The notes under the pieces were generated by a model. The model saw only the letters and a program-made list of their open reading frames with translations, did no database searches and was not told where the DNA came from. A program made the translations under genes and the position numbers. Positions 1 to 14,040 of a stretch of DNA of 64,000 nucleotides are shown here, in pieces. Position 1 is the first letter of the stretch, and each line of letters begins with the position of its first letter. The DNA comes from Owenia fusiformis (Eukaryota), in NCBI GenBank assembly GCA_903813345.2, contig CAIIXF020000001.1, positions 39,122,001 to 39,186,000 of the forward strand, read 5' to 3'.

Positions 1-253
1 CCGATTTTCTTAATTTTTTCAGCAAAAAATATATATAAATGTATGCTATGCATTGGTATGAATTGTGGCTAATTAGAAGATATGAGTGACCTCTAAAAGT
101 TGGTTTTAAATAAATTCACAAATTTTGGAACAAAAAGTCTATCAAAAACCACTTTTTGAAATAAAAAAGAAAAGTTTCACATATCACACTTTGATAACAT
201 TGGGTAAGACCACAATATAAGCCAAAGTGGTTTAAACTTTACATGGGGCCTTT
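1..253. mobile_element. End of a TTAA-flanked DNA element (Kolobok-like); inverted partial copy at ~20561-20900
   Basis: 1-253 is the reverse complement of ~20561-20813. The terminus is aggccccat next to TTAA. Confidence 0.55.
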
Positions 254-530
254 AAACCTTTACTGATGATTAAATTTTCAAAATATTCATAAGCCATTGT
301 GGAACCTCTAAAAGCCATGTTTAAACTGAGGATTGAACATTTTTCCAGGACTTTCAAGTTGAAAGAATGGTGAATTAATGCTCATTCCATAAAGGAAAGT
401 CAAAATATTCCTAGAAGCATTTAAATTCTAATCCTACGCAAATTTGAAATACAAGTTTATCAGTAATGCATGGATGTCAGAGAACAATCCAGATCTATAA
501 CAGGTTGCAATGGGGATTTCATCAATGAGA

Positions 531-1441
531 AACTAGAAAAACAGCAACTCCATGCACGGAGTACCAAATCCCACAGAACAAAACATATTTTGCTTATTAG
601 TGGCCATCTTGAAAATTCCTTCTTGAGCAGAGCTTGTTTTTCCCCTGGCATCAACATATAAAATGTAAACCATATCCATCAATTAGCATTTGAGTTATCA
701 AAGATTATATTCCTTTTGTGTCCCTATGCATCAGCATATAAAATAACCAAATGGAAAGAGAGACAGCTTCATTATACTCTTAGTAGTTTTTATATTATAA
801 AATTGTTCATTTGAAAGGGACATGGTAGAATAAAGGTATATAATGGTGAGCCCAAAAGAATGATAGTTGATACCATCTTTCTCGAACAGAGCTACTGTGT
901 CCCTAGGTATCAGCATATAAAATTTCAAAAAATCAATCCACTGCTATCTGAGTTATCAAAGATTACACTTTTTACGAAAAATGGCCGCCATTTTGATATT
1001 TGGCAGCCATTTTGAAAATCTCTTCTTCAGGGTAGCTTCTTTGTCCCTAGGCATTACCATATAAAATTTGAACCAAATCCTTCAACTAGTATTTCAGTTA
1101 TCAAAGATTACATTTCTTACGAAAAATGGCCGCCATTTTGGTAATTAGCAGATATTCTAAAAATCTCTTCTTCAGCGTAGCTCCTTTATCCCTAGGCATC
1201 AGCATATGAAATTTGAACCAAATCCGTCAACTAGCATTTGAGTTATCAAAGATTACGTTTTTTATAGAAAATGGTGGCCATTTTGAAATTCAGCCGCCAT
1301 CTTGAAAATTCTTTCTTGAACAAATCTACTTTGTCCCCAGGCATCATCATATAAAATTTGAACCAAATCCATTAACTGGTATTTCAGTTATCAAAGATTA
1401 TGTTTCCTTTCCTATATCCCCCTCGAACGAGGGGTGGGATA
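531..1441 (-). mobile_element. Helentron-associated non-autonomous element (HINE-like) with an internal ~145-bp satellite
   Basis: Starts actagaaaaacagcaact and ends in the hairpin tatccccctcgaacgaggggtgggataa. The marker gttatcaaagatta recurs at ~951, 1097, 1242 and 1387. Same family as 28107-29565. Confidence 0.65.
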
Positions 1442-2053
1442 AATATGTAATTTTCTTTGCCTAATATCTGCTTAAATGTGTCTGTCTTGATTGTGAAATC
1501 AAATGTGCTAAAAACAGGTATTGTAAAGATTTAAGTTTGTCAAGGTCTTTGGAATTTGTCCAAGAAACTAATAAAACTACAATGTCTCATTCTGATACTC
1601 ATAGTATCTTTCTGTTTCACCTGAAACATGCTCTGATATTATGAGGCATATTCTGTGATCCGAGCACATCAGATGGGAAGAGTCATAACTGTCAATAAGT
1701 GTGATAGTTATCATGTAATCATTTACCTTAATGTCAATACATTACATAATATGCATTGTATTTAACAGCAGATATTAGCACAGGCACATGTACACAAATT
1801 TAATGACCCCAATTAGATGAAATATGAGCTGGGATGAAAGATCTCAAAAATCATCAATTTATGGCTCTCCTGGATCGCCAAATAAGCTCATTATATCATG
1901 GCATCTCAGGGCTGAGAAGAAATGAGATGTCATGGTTTATCATGATGACAATGTCTAGTCATTTCTATAGTTCAGAGCACCTTAACATCCCATAAGAGAG
2001 AGAGCAAAGAATAAGCAGTGCTATAGCTTAAATAATATTAAGTAAATCACTAC

Positions 2054-2217
2054 CTATAACCGAGGTATTTATCACCACTTGTTCTGACTCTTCTTTGCCC
2101 AATTCATTTTCAGCTTCAATGACAAGTCCAAATTTTGTTGCGGGATGTACAAATTTCTCATCTTTCCATTCACAGGAATGTTTACCATTATGAGGACATC
2201 GAATGGATTCATTAAAA
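2054..2217 (-). CDS. Type I cytokine receptor-like gene, cytokine-binding FN3 exon (C-half); gene continues left of the window
   Basis: Acceptor tttatttttacag| and donor |gtagtg, 164 nt, phase 2-1. Encodes FNESIRCPHNGKHSCEWKDEKFVHPATKFGLVIEAENELGKEESEQVVINTSVI, with the second Cys pair and an A.N.LG FN3 motif. It is not in the ORF track and was read manually. Confidence 0.85.
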
Positions 2218-3021
2218 CTGTAAAAATAAACATAAAAACATGCAGTCTATATTAGTTCATGCAGGGGCATTAGTAAGGATGTGTAACAAGGCACAGGGTG
2301 AACAATATCACACCTAATCTAGAGCAGTATGGTCAAAATCTAGTCAAGGATTTAACTTAAAAACAGCAACTCCCAGAGTAGCTGATTCCACCGAACAAAA
2401 CATATTTTATCAAATCCCTCATTATTTTGAACATCTCAAATAACCAGGTACATGTAGTAGTACAATGCATTGTCTTCTTTTGGCAAAATTTACACAACAT
2501 TCAGTGGGGTTATAATCAAGACGCCACAATCTTTGTTAATTCTATTAACCATTTGATTAGCTGGACAGCATAGTACAGAGGTCAAGGTCATCTTTTTGAA
2601 ATATTGTCACAATGCTACATTTCTTTGTTTCTCCTATTTTCCAAAGAATCAAAGAATTCTAACTTTAAATCAAGGAAGTAGTGATTTATTTTATGCTTTC
2701 CTTCTGATATATCACACCTTTTTTAGGTACGGTAAAAACTATGCCATGCTATGTCTTGGACACACCTGGAGTTGTTGGGCAAAAGTCAGTGTAAATCCAG
2801 GCAATCTATTTGCTAACTATAATGATTACCATGGAAAAACAAAAAATATGTTACTGGCAAATGTCACCACTTTGTAGGTTATTGATAATGGTTACAAAAG
2901 TATATCAATTTGCTACATATACCAAACAAAGATGCTGAAAGCTGATACACAGAAATGGTGGTTGTAACAATATGTCACATGTTGGTGACATAAAAGCTCT
3001 ATTAATTGTGATGATACTTAC

Positions 3022-3145
3022 TCCAATGTGTAGTATAAAGTCCATTCTGTTGGAATCAGGGGGTCTCTCCCAATGTCCCATGTGCAGGTCATACCTTTCC
3101 ATTGGTAGGATCTGCACTGGATGTTAACAGGTTTAGATGGAGCAT
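3022..3145 (-). CDS. Type I cytokine receptor-like gene, cytokine-binding FN3 exon (N-half)
   Basis: Acceptor tgtgtttcag| and donor |gtaagt, 124 nt, phase 1-2. Spliced reading is KVGY-APSKPVNIQCRSYQWKGMTCTWDIGRDPLIPTEWTLYYTL, containing the KP..I.C(x9)CxW hallmark of class I cytokine receptors. Confidence 0.9.
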
Positions 3146-3149
3146 CTGA

Positions 3150-3377
3150 AACACACATATAATCTGTATATAGAGATACATATATAATCTGAATATGGAA
3201 ACACATACATATACTATATATATATATATAGAAACACACACTCTGTATAGAGAAACGCATACACACTCTGTATATAGAAACACATACCCACTCTGTATAT
3301 AGAAACACATACACACTGTGTATATAGAAACACATACACACTCTGTATATAGAAACGCATACACACTCTGTATATAG
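3150..3377. repeat. 25-bp minisatellite (ctctgtatatagaaacacatacaca)n, left part; resumes at ~6543-6960
   Basis: Units at 3241, 3266, 3291, 3316, 3341 and 3366; the array resumes after the LINE poly(A). Confidence 0.9.
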
Positions 3378-6300
3378 GACTTGCAAAACAAAATGAACTT
3401 AGTGAACTTCTCAATGATGAAAATTTTGACATTTTGGGAGTCTGTGAAACCTTTTTCAGTGATCGTAACCCTTTAAATGTATCAAATGATGACTACACCT
3501 GGCTAGGTAAAAATAGAATTGATAGATCAGGTGGGGGTATAGGATTCTTTATTAAAAATAATGTAACTATATGCGATGATAATTTGCTTGAATCCAATGA
3601 TGACACTTTTGAAAGGTACTGGATCAAGGTCAAGATGTATAATAATTTTTTTTAACTTCGGCGTTGTATATTTTCCAAATGATGGGAAGAATGTGCACAT
3701 AAGTGAAGCCCTTTCTGAAGAGCTTGCATGTAATATTAATGAATTGAGTAGAAGCAATGAATATATTATTTTAATGGGCGACTTCAATGGACGCATTAAA
3801 CAGTTTTCCCATGGCAAAAATAGCTACAATGGAAAATTGATTGATGTATTAAGTGAGGTCACTAATACCACTATTTTGAATACAACAAAAGAATGCAATG
3901 GCGAAATAACATGGGCACGAAACAATCTTACATCAACGCTCTTTTTGGGATGACGAGATTAAAAATCTCATCAGATCCCGTAAACAAGCATGTCGTTTCC
4001 ACAGATATTGGAGTAGATCAAAATGTTGTGACCCTGATATCCTTAGTGAATTATGGGAAATGTATTTAACACGGAAACAGCAAGTCCATGACGCTATTAA
4101 GCAACGTCATATTCAAAATCATATTAAATGTATTACAAAAAATGCGCAGAAGCGATCCAATTCTAAATCATACTGGAAAACTCTATGTTCAATGCACAGG
4201 CTGGTCATCCAATTCAAATTAAAGATCCCAATGATCCTCAGACTACTATCACTGACCCTAAGCTCATTTCCCAGATGCTGGGTGATTATTGGAAAAGTGT
4301 TGGCACAGCTAACATAAATCCTAACACTACGCACGTTGATCTTAAAGAGCAATTGGGCATTTTAGAGTCAAGTTCTACTTTTTCTGACAATGCCATGTTT
4401 AACTTCACCTTTGACCTTGATGACCTTACACGGTGTATTAAGAAGCTTGATAACGGTAAAGCTGTTGGTATTGACCAAATCCCGAATGAGTTCATCAAAA
4501 ATGGAGGCTTTTCCCTTCATAGTTCACTTTTCGAGCTTTTTTCTGAGATTAAAATTCAAGAAAAATTTCCGTCAGAATGGAAAAAGGGTCTCCTGCAGCC
4601 ATTACATAAGGCTGGCGACACAGAACTCCTAGACAATTATAGGGGTATCACAATAAATTCAAATGTATATAAACTTTTTACCTCTCTTATAGAGAAGAAT
4701 ATTCTGCACTTTTTTGAAGATAATGATATTCTTGGCGACCTTCAAGGTGCATTTCGTGAAAACCTGAGATTAGAAAATCACATTTTTGCTCTTAAGGGTT
4801 TATGTAGTATGAGAAAGGACAAGAACCTTAAAACATATTTAGCATTTCTTGACATATCTAAAGCGTTTGACGTTGTAAACAGAGATAAATTGTTCATCAA
4901 GTTATGGGAAAAAGGTGTGCAAGGCAAAGTCTGGCGTCTTTTACGTGCGCTTTATGATGGGGTATTGAATAAGGTACATTATGTAATCTTTGGTCTGAAT
5001 TCCAGTGAATGGTTCGAGTGCAGCCCAACTAACTCTTTAAAGCAGGGATGCTGTCTCTCTCCAACTTTATTTTCGCTTGTAATGACTGATTTAACTGATT
5101 GCCTGAAGGAAGAAAGACTTGGCATCCCTTTTGCAGATAAAAATGTCCCAGCCCTTTTTTTTGCTGACGATATAGTCTTAATCGCTGAATCCGAAACCCA
5201 GTTAAATAGAATGTTAAAAGTAGCAGACAATTTTGCATCAAAATGGGGCTTTAACTTTAGTTCGAAAAAGTCCAAGGTTATGGTCATTGGCAAAAGGATA
5301 GATAGGCATAAAGTATGGATCCTTGGTAATTTGGAACTTTCAGAAGTACAAAACTACAAATATCTAGGTATTTATTTTGATAGAACACTTAAAGATTCTT
5401 ACCATGTGAATAGTATTCTGGCAACAAAAGCTAAGAAAATGAACGGTATGTGTGTTGCAACCTTAACAAAGCATTGCGACATCAAAAAGAGTACATTTTG
5501 GTACCACAATGTATAATTCAATGTATTTACCTGCTTTATTAAATGGCTGCCCTATATTTTTACTTAATGCCTCTATGCAAGATAAGTTCAAATCCATGCA
5601 ATATAATATGGCAAGATCTGTACTACAATTGACCTGCCGTCCTGCTAGGGAAGCTATTCTAGGTGACTTAGGTTGGAGAAACATAACCGAAGTTATTGAA
5701 AAACGTCAAATTGACTATTTTATTTATCTGAAAAGTAGGTTAAAGCCAGGTTCTCTACATCAACGTATTTTTAACACAATGTATGAGAAGTTTTCCATTT
5801 AACATAATGACAAATGTTCATGGCCTTATTTTTCAAATATCAATAACATTTTGATCAAACATGGGTTAGACAGAGCCATTCATGTTGATGACACGGACTG
5901 GTATCAGGGATATCTTAAAATATCGAATGAAAGAAGCAAAAGCAGTTTTCTAGACACCATTGCAGACAAATCCTCTCTTGTTCTGTACAGCTCCTTAAAA
6001 ACAAATTGTTTTCAAGAAAACTACCTTAAGACTGATTTTGACTTTTATGGTCAGAAACTGAAATTCAAGGCAAGATCAGGGTGTTTTGGTCTGAATACTG
6101 ACAAGGAGCGATGGGGCCAAGGTAATGGGTTATGCAATTTATGTGATACGAATGTCAAGGACTCTATCCAGCATCGTATGTTTGTATGTCCTCATTTTAA
6201 CAATGAAAGAACTAACTTCTTTCTGAACGTGATAAACTCCTGTAATGAACAACTGTCATCTAGCCTTATTTCTGCTAATATTCCAATTAAAATATGCTTG

Positions 6301-6543
6301 ACCATGGGTGATAAAGCTTTCATTGACTGGGGAAATGAACAAGGTCATATTTTAGATCAATGTGTAAAGAAATATCTGAAAGCAATTTAAATTCCCTATA
6401 ATAAGGATTGATGTATTTTAGTGACATTATGTATTTTAATTTTGACTGTAATTGTATGCATGTTTGTATGTGGATGCACCACATTTTCAATGTGTGTGCC
6501 ACTGTTTTAAAAGTGATTCCAATAAATAAATAAAAAAAAAAAA
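3378..6543 (+). mobile_element. Decayed non-LTR retrotransposon (LINE ORF2: APE endonuclease, reverse transcriptase, C-terminal Cys/His finger; RTE-X/CR1-group-like)
   Basis: APE motifs DILGVCET, DRSGGGIGFF and ILMGDFN. RT motifs KAVGIDQIPNEF, NYRGIT, FLDISKAFD, LKQGCCLSPTLF, LFFADD and YKYLGI. C-terminal CNLC...H...C. Several frameshifts, an internal deletion near 3940, an AATAAA/poly(A) tail at 6521-6543 and a short probable TSD (tatag). Confidence 0.93.
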
Positions 6544-6960
6544 TATAGAAACGCATACACACTCTGTATATAGAAATGCATACACACTCTGTATATAGAA
6601 ACACAAACACACTCTGCATATAGAAATGCATACACACTGTATATATAGAAACGCATACACACTCTGTATATAGAAACACATACACACTCTGTATATAGAA
6701 ACACATACACACTCTGTATAGAGAAACACATATACAATTGCTATAAAGAAACACATATACAATTGCTATAAAAAAACACATATATATGCAGTATACTCCG
6801 TACATACAAAAATATAAAATGCTCTGAGGATAATAGAAACACTTAAACAATCGGAATAAAGAAACACAAATATAGTACTCAGAATACAGAAACATATGCA
6901 ATGTGTATAAGGAAACCATGTATACTTGGTATACAGAAACATACAAGTATATACACACAT
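6544..6960. repeat. 25-bp minisatellite, right part, progressively degenerate
   Basis: Same tatagaaacacatacacactctg unit as 3150-3377. Confidence 0.85.
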
Positions 6961-9852
6961 AATTTCGAGGCTATGAAGAACCAAAATGTGAATTGTACAT
7001 TTTTATCAGTTTATTCTAGAACTAGATAAAGCATCTCATAGTTTTTCATCAAGCCAGATGAAAACTGATTTTGTATTGTTGAATGTACATATGCTGTTTG
7101 TATCATATACTGCTGTTTATTCTACAGCAAGTATGAACCAAAGGAACTAAAGAAATCACAAAATATATTGAATTTTTATCCTGTACTTTATCTTGTAATA
7201 ATAGAAGTGTGAAGGAAACATAGCATAACCTTTCTAAAGGTGCAACTGTCAAGTACACAGCCAATATAATTTGACGCCGTTTCGGCATCGAAAAAATTCG
7301 GCACTGTTCCGGCACCGTTTCGACACCGAAACCTTTCAACACCAAAATTTGTTACCGGACTAGTCAGTCCATTTGGTGCCAAAACGGTACCGAAATTTGG
7401 CGTCGAAAATCAGATTGCATTTTGGGGGTGTACGTGTATTGTCAATGGTGACAAAATTCAGAGAATGTTTAACCACATATAACCCTTTTCAAAATTGTAA
7501 TTTGATTTTGCTTCTGTATGAATGAAAGCTTCATCTACTTAATTACTAATATCCTTTGAGCTCCAGGGTAGCTACGGGTTAACTGAGTATGGATACATAT
7601 GTTCAATTTATTGTTCCAATGGCATTAACTTTCTTTGGAATTATTGTTTTTTTATTGTTACTCTGAAGAAAATGTTACAAGGCATTAACATGCAAAATGT
7701 CACCACCTGCCATCTGTTATAGATGCCAACCGCCGAATGTATTTGTGAAAGACGCCAACTACTGACCACCAACTGCTGAACACCATCCACAACCATAACA
7801 AATGTCACCACTTAAGGTGGTGACGTAAAAAAATGGCAAGAAATGTTCAGACCAGAGAAATTGTAAATCTGAACATTCATACCTTCATTTATTTTGAATG
7901 TGTATATCATTTTGGAATTTACCATTACCAACATATCCTGGATATTTTTTGAGATAAAATCAAAATGGCAAAACGAGAAAACAGCAACTCCATGGAGAAG
8001 CTAATATCACCTCATCATTTTTGAAATTCTGTATAAATAGGAATGAACATGTAGTATTCCTTAGCAAAATCTACTTTGAGCTATCAAAGATTCAATACCT
8101 GGTCTGTACTAAGTGTCTTGTTCAATGTTAGACACTTAACCGGAAATAGGAAATGACAATATTTTGCAAAATTTTGGTGAATTTTCATGTTCGAATCGTA
8201 ATATTGATTTCAGATCAGGTATTATATCAAGTAATAAATACCTTAGGGCTAGGCACAAAAGCTTTCGAACCCCTTACTCCCTTCGGTCATTCAGGCTACA
8301 GAAAATGTTTGTGCATAGCCCTGTGGTATTTATTCGTTGATATAATACCTGCTCTTCGGTCTATATTTCTTGGCTACATTTACAAAAACTTGTGGCCATT
8401 TTGAATTGAGTGGCCACACAGTGATCTCCCCAGCATAAAGCAAGTGGGCGCAGCTCCCACCTGAGATTTTGAAAATAGGCTTGCACCCCCATGAAAATCT
8501 ACTTCAACCCACTTGAAAATGAGACTAGGCATTACCATGACAAAATGTCACCACCTAGTTGCTCACAATATAATGAGTTCAATCTTAAGTCAGGTTTGAA
8601 TTTGTGAGAACTCTGTAGCCTATACAGTTATTACTCTATTACTCATTAGCCTATAAAATTCCATAATTCGGATGGATGACTTCTCCGAATTCCTTAGAAC
8701 TTAACACATTAGCTGATAAATTGTAAATGTGGCTGACAATATCATCCCTGTATCATCTGTATCATCCCTACATCTCTGAATCTCGGTTACACAAGGATGA
8801 AACCAAACTGTTTAATTAAAGTAGCAACATAACCTTAAAGAATACACTCTGTTCTGTTTGTTCAGAAAATGTAAATGGCTTCTTAATTAGAGTACCATAT
8901 TATTTCTGGGTATACATCACCCATTCTATACATAGTGTGCATCTTTCAGTTTTGCATAAAGACCTAATAAGTTGAAGGTAAATAATTTCCACAATGTATG
9001 TAAATAAAGTGACCTACTTATTTGAATGCAAAAGTGTAGGTCTCCTCTCTTATACATCTAATAATCACGGATTATTCATGCACTCTGTACAAAACTGAAA
9101 AGAACATACTTGTGTGGAATGAGCTATATGTACCTGAAAATATCATAGGATTACAAATTGTACAATCAAGAAACCATTAAAATTTCCTGAACATCCATAA
9201 CTACCTTAAGACTCCGGATATATCAATTTTGAAAGTGATAATACCAAAACCTTTCTACTAATTAAAAAAACATCTCTAAGAGTATACAGCTCATTGAGAT
9301 AAAATGTGATAATGTCACTCATCATGAGTACGGATATGCATTATACGGTATATAAGCCACCTGAGTCTCAGTCAATTACAACACATGGGTTCTTCAAGGA
9401 ATATTCCTGCCAAGGCCATTGCTGTCTTGACATGGTTGCTTTCTAATATCTATAAGATGAATATTATATGAGCCAGGCCACAGAAAAGGGGTCTTATCAC
9501 AGATTTTTTCAATATTCTGATTTTTTGTTTATCTTAAAAAGCACAAAGAAAGCTTTCAAATGAGCCATGGCTTATGTCCTAACAATTTTTCCTTGCATAT
9601 ATAGACAAAGAAGTCGGATCTGAATTTAGCACATTTTCCTCTTAATCGTGGGCACATTTTTGGCTCTGTAGCACAATTTTAATTTTTGAGATAAGACTGC
9701 AGTATTCAGTTCAAGCTGGCTCTCATTTCTTATTTAAGATTACAATCACTATTAGTATTTTTCAAACAATGCAGAAATGATATAACATTCAAATAACCAA
9801 GCAAATTATCACTTCAAATTTAGCTTAGCCGGCTTGTCATAAATAGTAATGA

Positions 9853-10347
9853 ACAAGGCACATGATGTGAATGAGATCACACCATCAAAAAACCTTCAAA
9901 ATGGCCACCAGAGAAAAAGATGGCTGCCCAAAAGTTAATCAGCTCTAGAACTTGATATCTTCTATCATGTGTGCGAATTTGGAGACAATTCGACAAGCGG
10001 TTTTCCTGAAATGGCGATGACAAGATCTATCGAAAAATGCCTTCAAAATGGCCACCAATAAACAAGATGGCCACCCAAAAGTTTAATCAGCTTTAGAACT
10101 TGATATCCCCTATCATGTGTGCTAATTTGGAGAAAATCTGATGAGCGCATTTCCAGAAATGGTGAGGATAAAATTTTCCGAAAAACCTTCAAAATGGCCA
10201 CCAGAAAACAAGATGGCCACCCAAAAGTTTAGAACTTGATATCGGGCCAACGGTATTTGAGTTATTGCCCGGTTGGACGGACATACGTACATACGGACAG
10301 ACAGAGGCGTTCCCTATATGCCTCGGAACTTCGTTTGATGGGATAAT
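9853..10347 (-). mobile_element. HINE-like element with tandem aaaatggccacca repeats and a (GGAC/GACA)n microsatellite
   Basis: aacaaggc start, ggacggacatacgtacatacggacagacag microsatellite and terminal hairpin ending gggataat. The terminus is the reverse complement of that at 52120. Confidence 0.6.
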
Positions 10348-10736
10348 AAGACTAGAAAGATGGATCAAAGAATCAATTTCTAAAAAGAAGAACAATAATA
10401 CTATGAACGGGATCAGGGGAACTATAAATTGGCGGGACTTTGGAATGAATTTTTGGGGAATTAATATGACATTAAATTGGTTTTTATTGAATTGTTTTGT
10501 AGCACTTCAGTTCAACTTTGTTACAGTTGATAAAGGATCCAGATGTGATCCGAAACAGTCTGTGTCATCAAAATGCTGTTTTAGTGTCTATTCAGTGATG
10601 AAATTACTCTGTATCTATTGTTCATATGTTGATAAGAAAAATAATAAGCAGTTGTCCAGATTAAGTTGAAACAGTAGCAAAATTTTGATTTTACTTGTAA
10701 AACCTGTACATATATTTAACATACCCACCCTATTAA

Positions 10737-10876
10737 TGCCTGGGTCACATTTGCTGCGATTCATCAGCCGGCGCCCGGTCGATTGAGTATTTTGCTCAAC
10801 ATTTAATACATTTCTGAACAAAATACTCAATCGGCCGGGCGCCGTAGTGAAAATCGGAGCAAATGTGACCAAGGCA
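10737..10876. mobile_element. PIF/Harbinger (Tourist-like) MITE
   Basis: TIR tgcctgggtcacatttgct / agcaaatgtgaccaaggca, TAA on both sides, internal palindrome. Confidence 0.75.
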
Positions 10877-11048
10877 TAAGTTTGGAATTACCGCCATTTT
10901 ACAGCAATATTGTGTTGTAGCCTCATTTTGACTTCTTCACTGTGACTTGGATTTGATTGTCCCCCTTAGAGATTAAGACATTAACCAGAATAATGAAAAT
11001 GTATTTTCCTAATAAATGTTGATAAATCTATTAACTTTTCATACTCAC

Positions 11049-11384
11049 ATCCTACTTTCGCTTCCTGCATATAAACCATCTTGTGCTTTGTCATATCCAC
11101 GGAGGATATATTCAAAAAGCAACTGTAATAACCTCTATCATCTATAGTCACATTTTCTATATGTAACTGAATGGCTATAACGGGCACTGCATTTTTTGAC
11201 CCAGTCTCATTGGTAGCGCCTGCAGGATATTCTGGTAGTGTAACATAGCATTCTCTTGGTAGAGGGTGACTTTTGAAGATGAAATAGAGATCATCGGTGG
11301 TATAGGAGGTCTGGTTTCTGGTAAGATTACAGATCAAATCATGGGTTGATCCAACAGCCCATACAGGATTATGAGGGAGCATAA
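11049..11384 (-). CDS. Type I cytokine receptor-like gene, Ig-like domain exon
   Basis: Acceptor ttttcctatttcag| and donor |gtgagt, 336 nt, phase 1-1. Encodes VMLPHNPVWAVGSTHDLIC...IQLHIENVTIDDRGYYSC...EAKVG, with the Ig DxGxYxC motif. This resembles the N-terminal Ig domain of gp130/CRLF1-type receptors. Confidence 0.88.
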
Positions 11385-11636
11385 CTGAAATAGGAAAACA
11401 ATCAATTAGTAAAAGTAAAAATTCCACTCATATCTAGGCATGCATTATTACTTTCTGGGCAATCAAAATTCAATGAAACCATGTGTTACCTAAATCGTTA
11501 ATACATGTACATTGTTTTTATTTTGTACAAGTGTCAGTGTCAATGTCAGTCCTTGCAGAACATTTCTCAGTTTAATAAGATTTCTTTATTTTACTGATAT
11601 GTAATTTTCCTTGAATTGTACTTGACTCATCAGAAG

Positions 11637-12414
11637 CACAGGTCCCCAACTGGTTATAAAGACGTTTAGTCTTAAGAACAGAATGGATGAACTTCCATAG
11701 GAGGAAAATTTTTATTCATGTTCACCAAGAAGGAAGTTGATTTGTATCCAAATATTTTACCCCTATGTAAATAGTAACATCTGGTTACTGAAAATCTAGG
11801 CAGTCACAAGCAAATATATCTACAGCTCCGATAATCGAGTGAGATTTCCTCACTTCAACAACAGACGTTATCTGGTGATTTTCATAACGTCTTGGTTGCT
11901 TCATGATATGGCCTATCAACGTCCTAGTTGCTGAAGTGAGGAATTCTCACTCGATTATTAGAGCCCTTGGATAAACTTGTGACTGATTCCCTATTCAGTA
12001 ACCGGATGCTACCATAAACACAAGGGTAAAATATTTGGATACAAATCAACCTCCTTCTTGGTGAAAATGAAGGAAGTTCATCCATTTTATTATAAAGACG
12101 CAGGGGCGTAGCCAGCTTTCAGTCAGGGGGGGTGCGATCGCCGAAAAAAATTCAGTTTTGGTCAGGGGGGGGTGCGATTTTGGCATAAGCAACACAAAAA
12201 ATTAAGATTTCTTTTGAATTTTACAAAAATTGATGCAACTTCCTTCAAAATTGAGCTAGAAGCTTCAAATAAAAAGCATTTTAAAGCTCTGTTCTTCCTC
12301 TATCCAATGGTCATATTTTCAAAGGTTATGGGGGGGGTGCGATCGCACCCATCGCACCCCCCCTGGCTACGCCCATGAAGACGTCATGTCTAAATAACAA
12401 GGTGTGGACCAGTG
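11637..12414. mobile_element. Foldback MITE interrupted by a 277-bp insertion
   Basis: ttcaccaagaaggaagttgatttgtatccaaatattttaccc (~11721-11762) pairs with gggtaaaatatttggatacaaatcaacctccttcttggtgaa (~12024-12066); further inner inverted arms are present. Confidence 0.7.
12101..12377. mobile_element. hAT-like MITE with a 6-bp TSD
   Basis: TIR caggggcgtagccag / ctggctacgcccatg with TSD aagacg on both sides. Confidence 0.8.
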
Positions 12415-13549
12415 AGAGTTGAGTATATCAGAAGAACAAGGAAATTTTCATTTTTTATTAGCAATTTTAGCATTTAACTTATTTCAACCATCAAAATTGT
12501 TAGTATATTGAATTTGAATATATGATAAAGAGATAAGAGAAAAATACACATTTTGAAGAAATGGGCTGCTCTTGGAGTTCCCTGAAAACATGTTCTTGGG
12601 TTGATTTAATTTCAAAATAGGTATGGAGTCAGTGAGAGAACATTATCACCTTTATTATTCTATAAAACACATATTCATACACTGAATTTAAACCTAATTT
12701 ATAATGGCACTTGGGGTGACAGATCCTTTGAAAACTAAATTTAAAGGAGTTGGGTAAACTAGCAACAGAGAGTCCCCCAATTGAAGTGTGAAAAAACTTT
12801 TTTTAAGAATAGGAGAAAAAAACATCAGAAATGCATAGATTGAAGTTTATATTTTTGGGTAGTATTTTTAAAAAAATTTAGAAAAAATTGTTACGGTGTC
12901 TGGAGACCTTCAAAGAGGGTGGGGGCCAGAAGGAAAAAAATTCACATATTTTGCAACCCTCTAGATGAATTCCAATTTACTCAGCTATGAATGAATGTTT
13001 TTGATTTATCTGTCCAGGATTATGTAAATATATATTTATTTGATCCATACATACAATTGATTTAAACAATATGTACAGTTTAGAGGTAAGTAAAGCTTCG
13101 AAAGGACATTTCATGCTGAGTCTGGGTGACATTTTTATTCACTGGAGGTAGTAATCCTTTGAGTGTTTTCACATAGAGCATAACAAGTCTCCACTCTAAT
13201 AAGTGCTTCTTTAGTTACATAAATGTTATATTGTTGCATACAAAGAATAATTTTGATGGAGACTTATTATGCTCGATGTGAATTTTAGAACTTTATAGAA
13301 AATTTTGCCTGCCATTTTTGTTGATTATTCAAAATGGCCAAATGCTATTCATGCTACATATGTAGGAAGCAGGTAAATTCTCCTAGAAAACGGAGAAAGG
13401 TTACAGAAGATTTAGCTTCACAAGTCAAGACTATTGCAACCAATAATAGAAGTGATATTGAGGTAATATAAGCTTGATTTGGGAGGAGATTGTTGTGATA
13501 TTAGGTTGATATCAGAACTTATATATTTTGATATTGCTTATGTAATGGC

Positions 13550-14040
13550 AATATGTTGGTAATTGGGCAGATATAAAGTTAATATTGGATTGATATTTGT
13601 CAGAAATTGCTATCGAATTGGGCTTATATTTGGGTGATATTGCTATAATTTTGGGCTAATATTTGGGTGATATTGGATTGATATTGGGCTAATATTTGCT
13701 TGATATTTGGGTGATATTGCTATCACATTGGGCCAATATTTGGGTGATATTGGATTGATATTGGGGTGATATCGCTATCATATTGGGTCCATTATTTGGC
13801 TCATATTTGGCTGATATTGGATTTACAGTGGGATATTATTACAATCAGAATAATTGGGTGGTATTTGGTAAATAAGAGGGTTGATATTGGACTGTTACTT
13901 AAATAATATGAGGCCAATACTTGGGTTATTTTGGATTGATATAGAGTGACATTTGATTGACAATTGGTTGATGTTGCTATGATATTAGGACATTATCTGG
14001 GTCATATTTGGGCGATATTGAATTGGGTGATATTGCTATT
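13550..14040. repeat. Degenerate low-complexity tandem repeat (gatattggg / atttgggtgatattg)
   Basis: Repeated atattgg and tttgggtgatattg motifs. Confidence 0.75.

Noticed and set aside
1590..1950. Sequence shared in inverted orientation with 22630-22710 next to the signal-peptide exon donor
   Set aside because: Most simply two fragments of a dispersed repeat, one with an internal indel; no support for a long-range splicing role.
3089..3432. Cys/Val/Tyr-rich ORFs (also 6320-6984)
   Set aside because: Translations of the 25-bp minisatellite in several frames; only 3022-3145 is a real exon.
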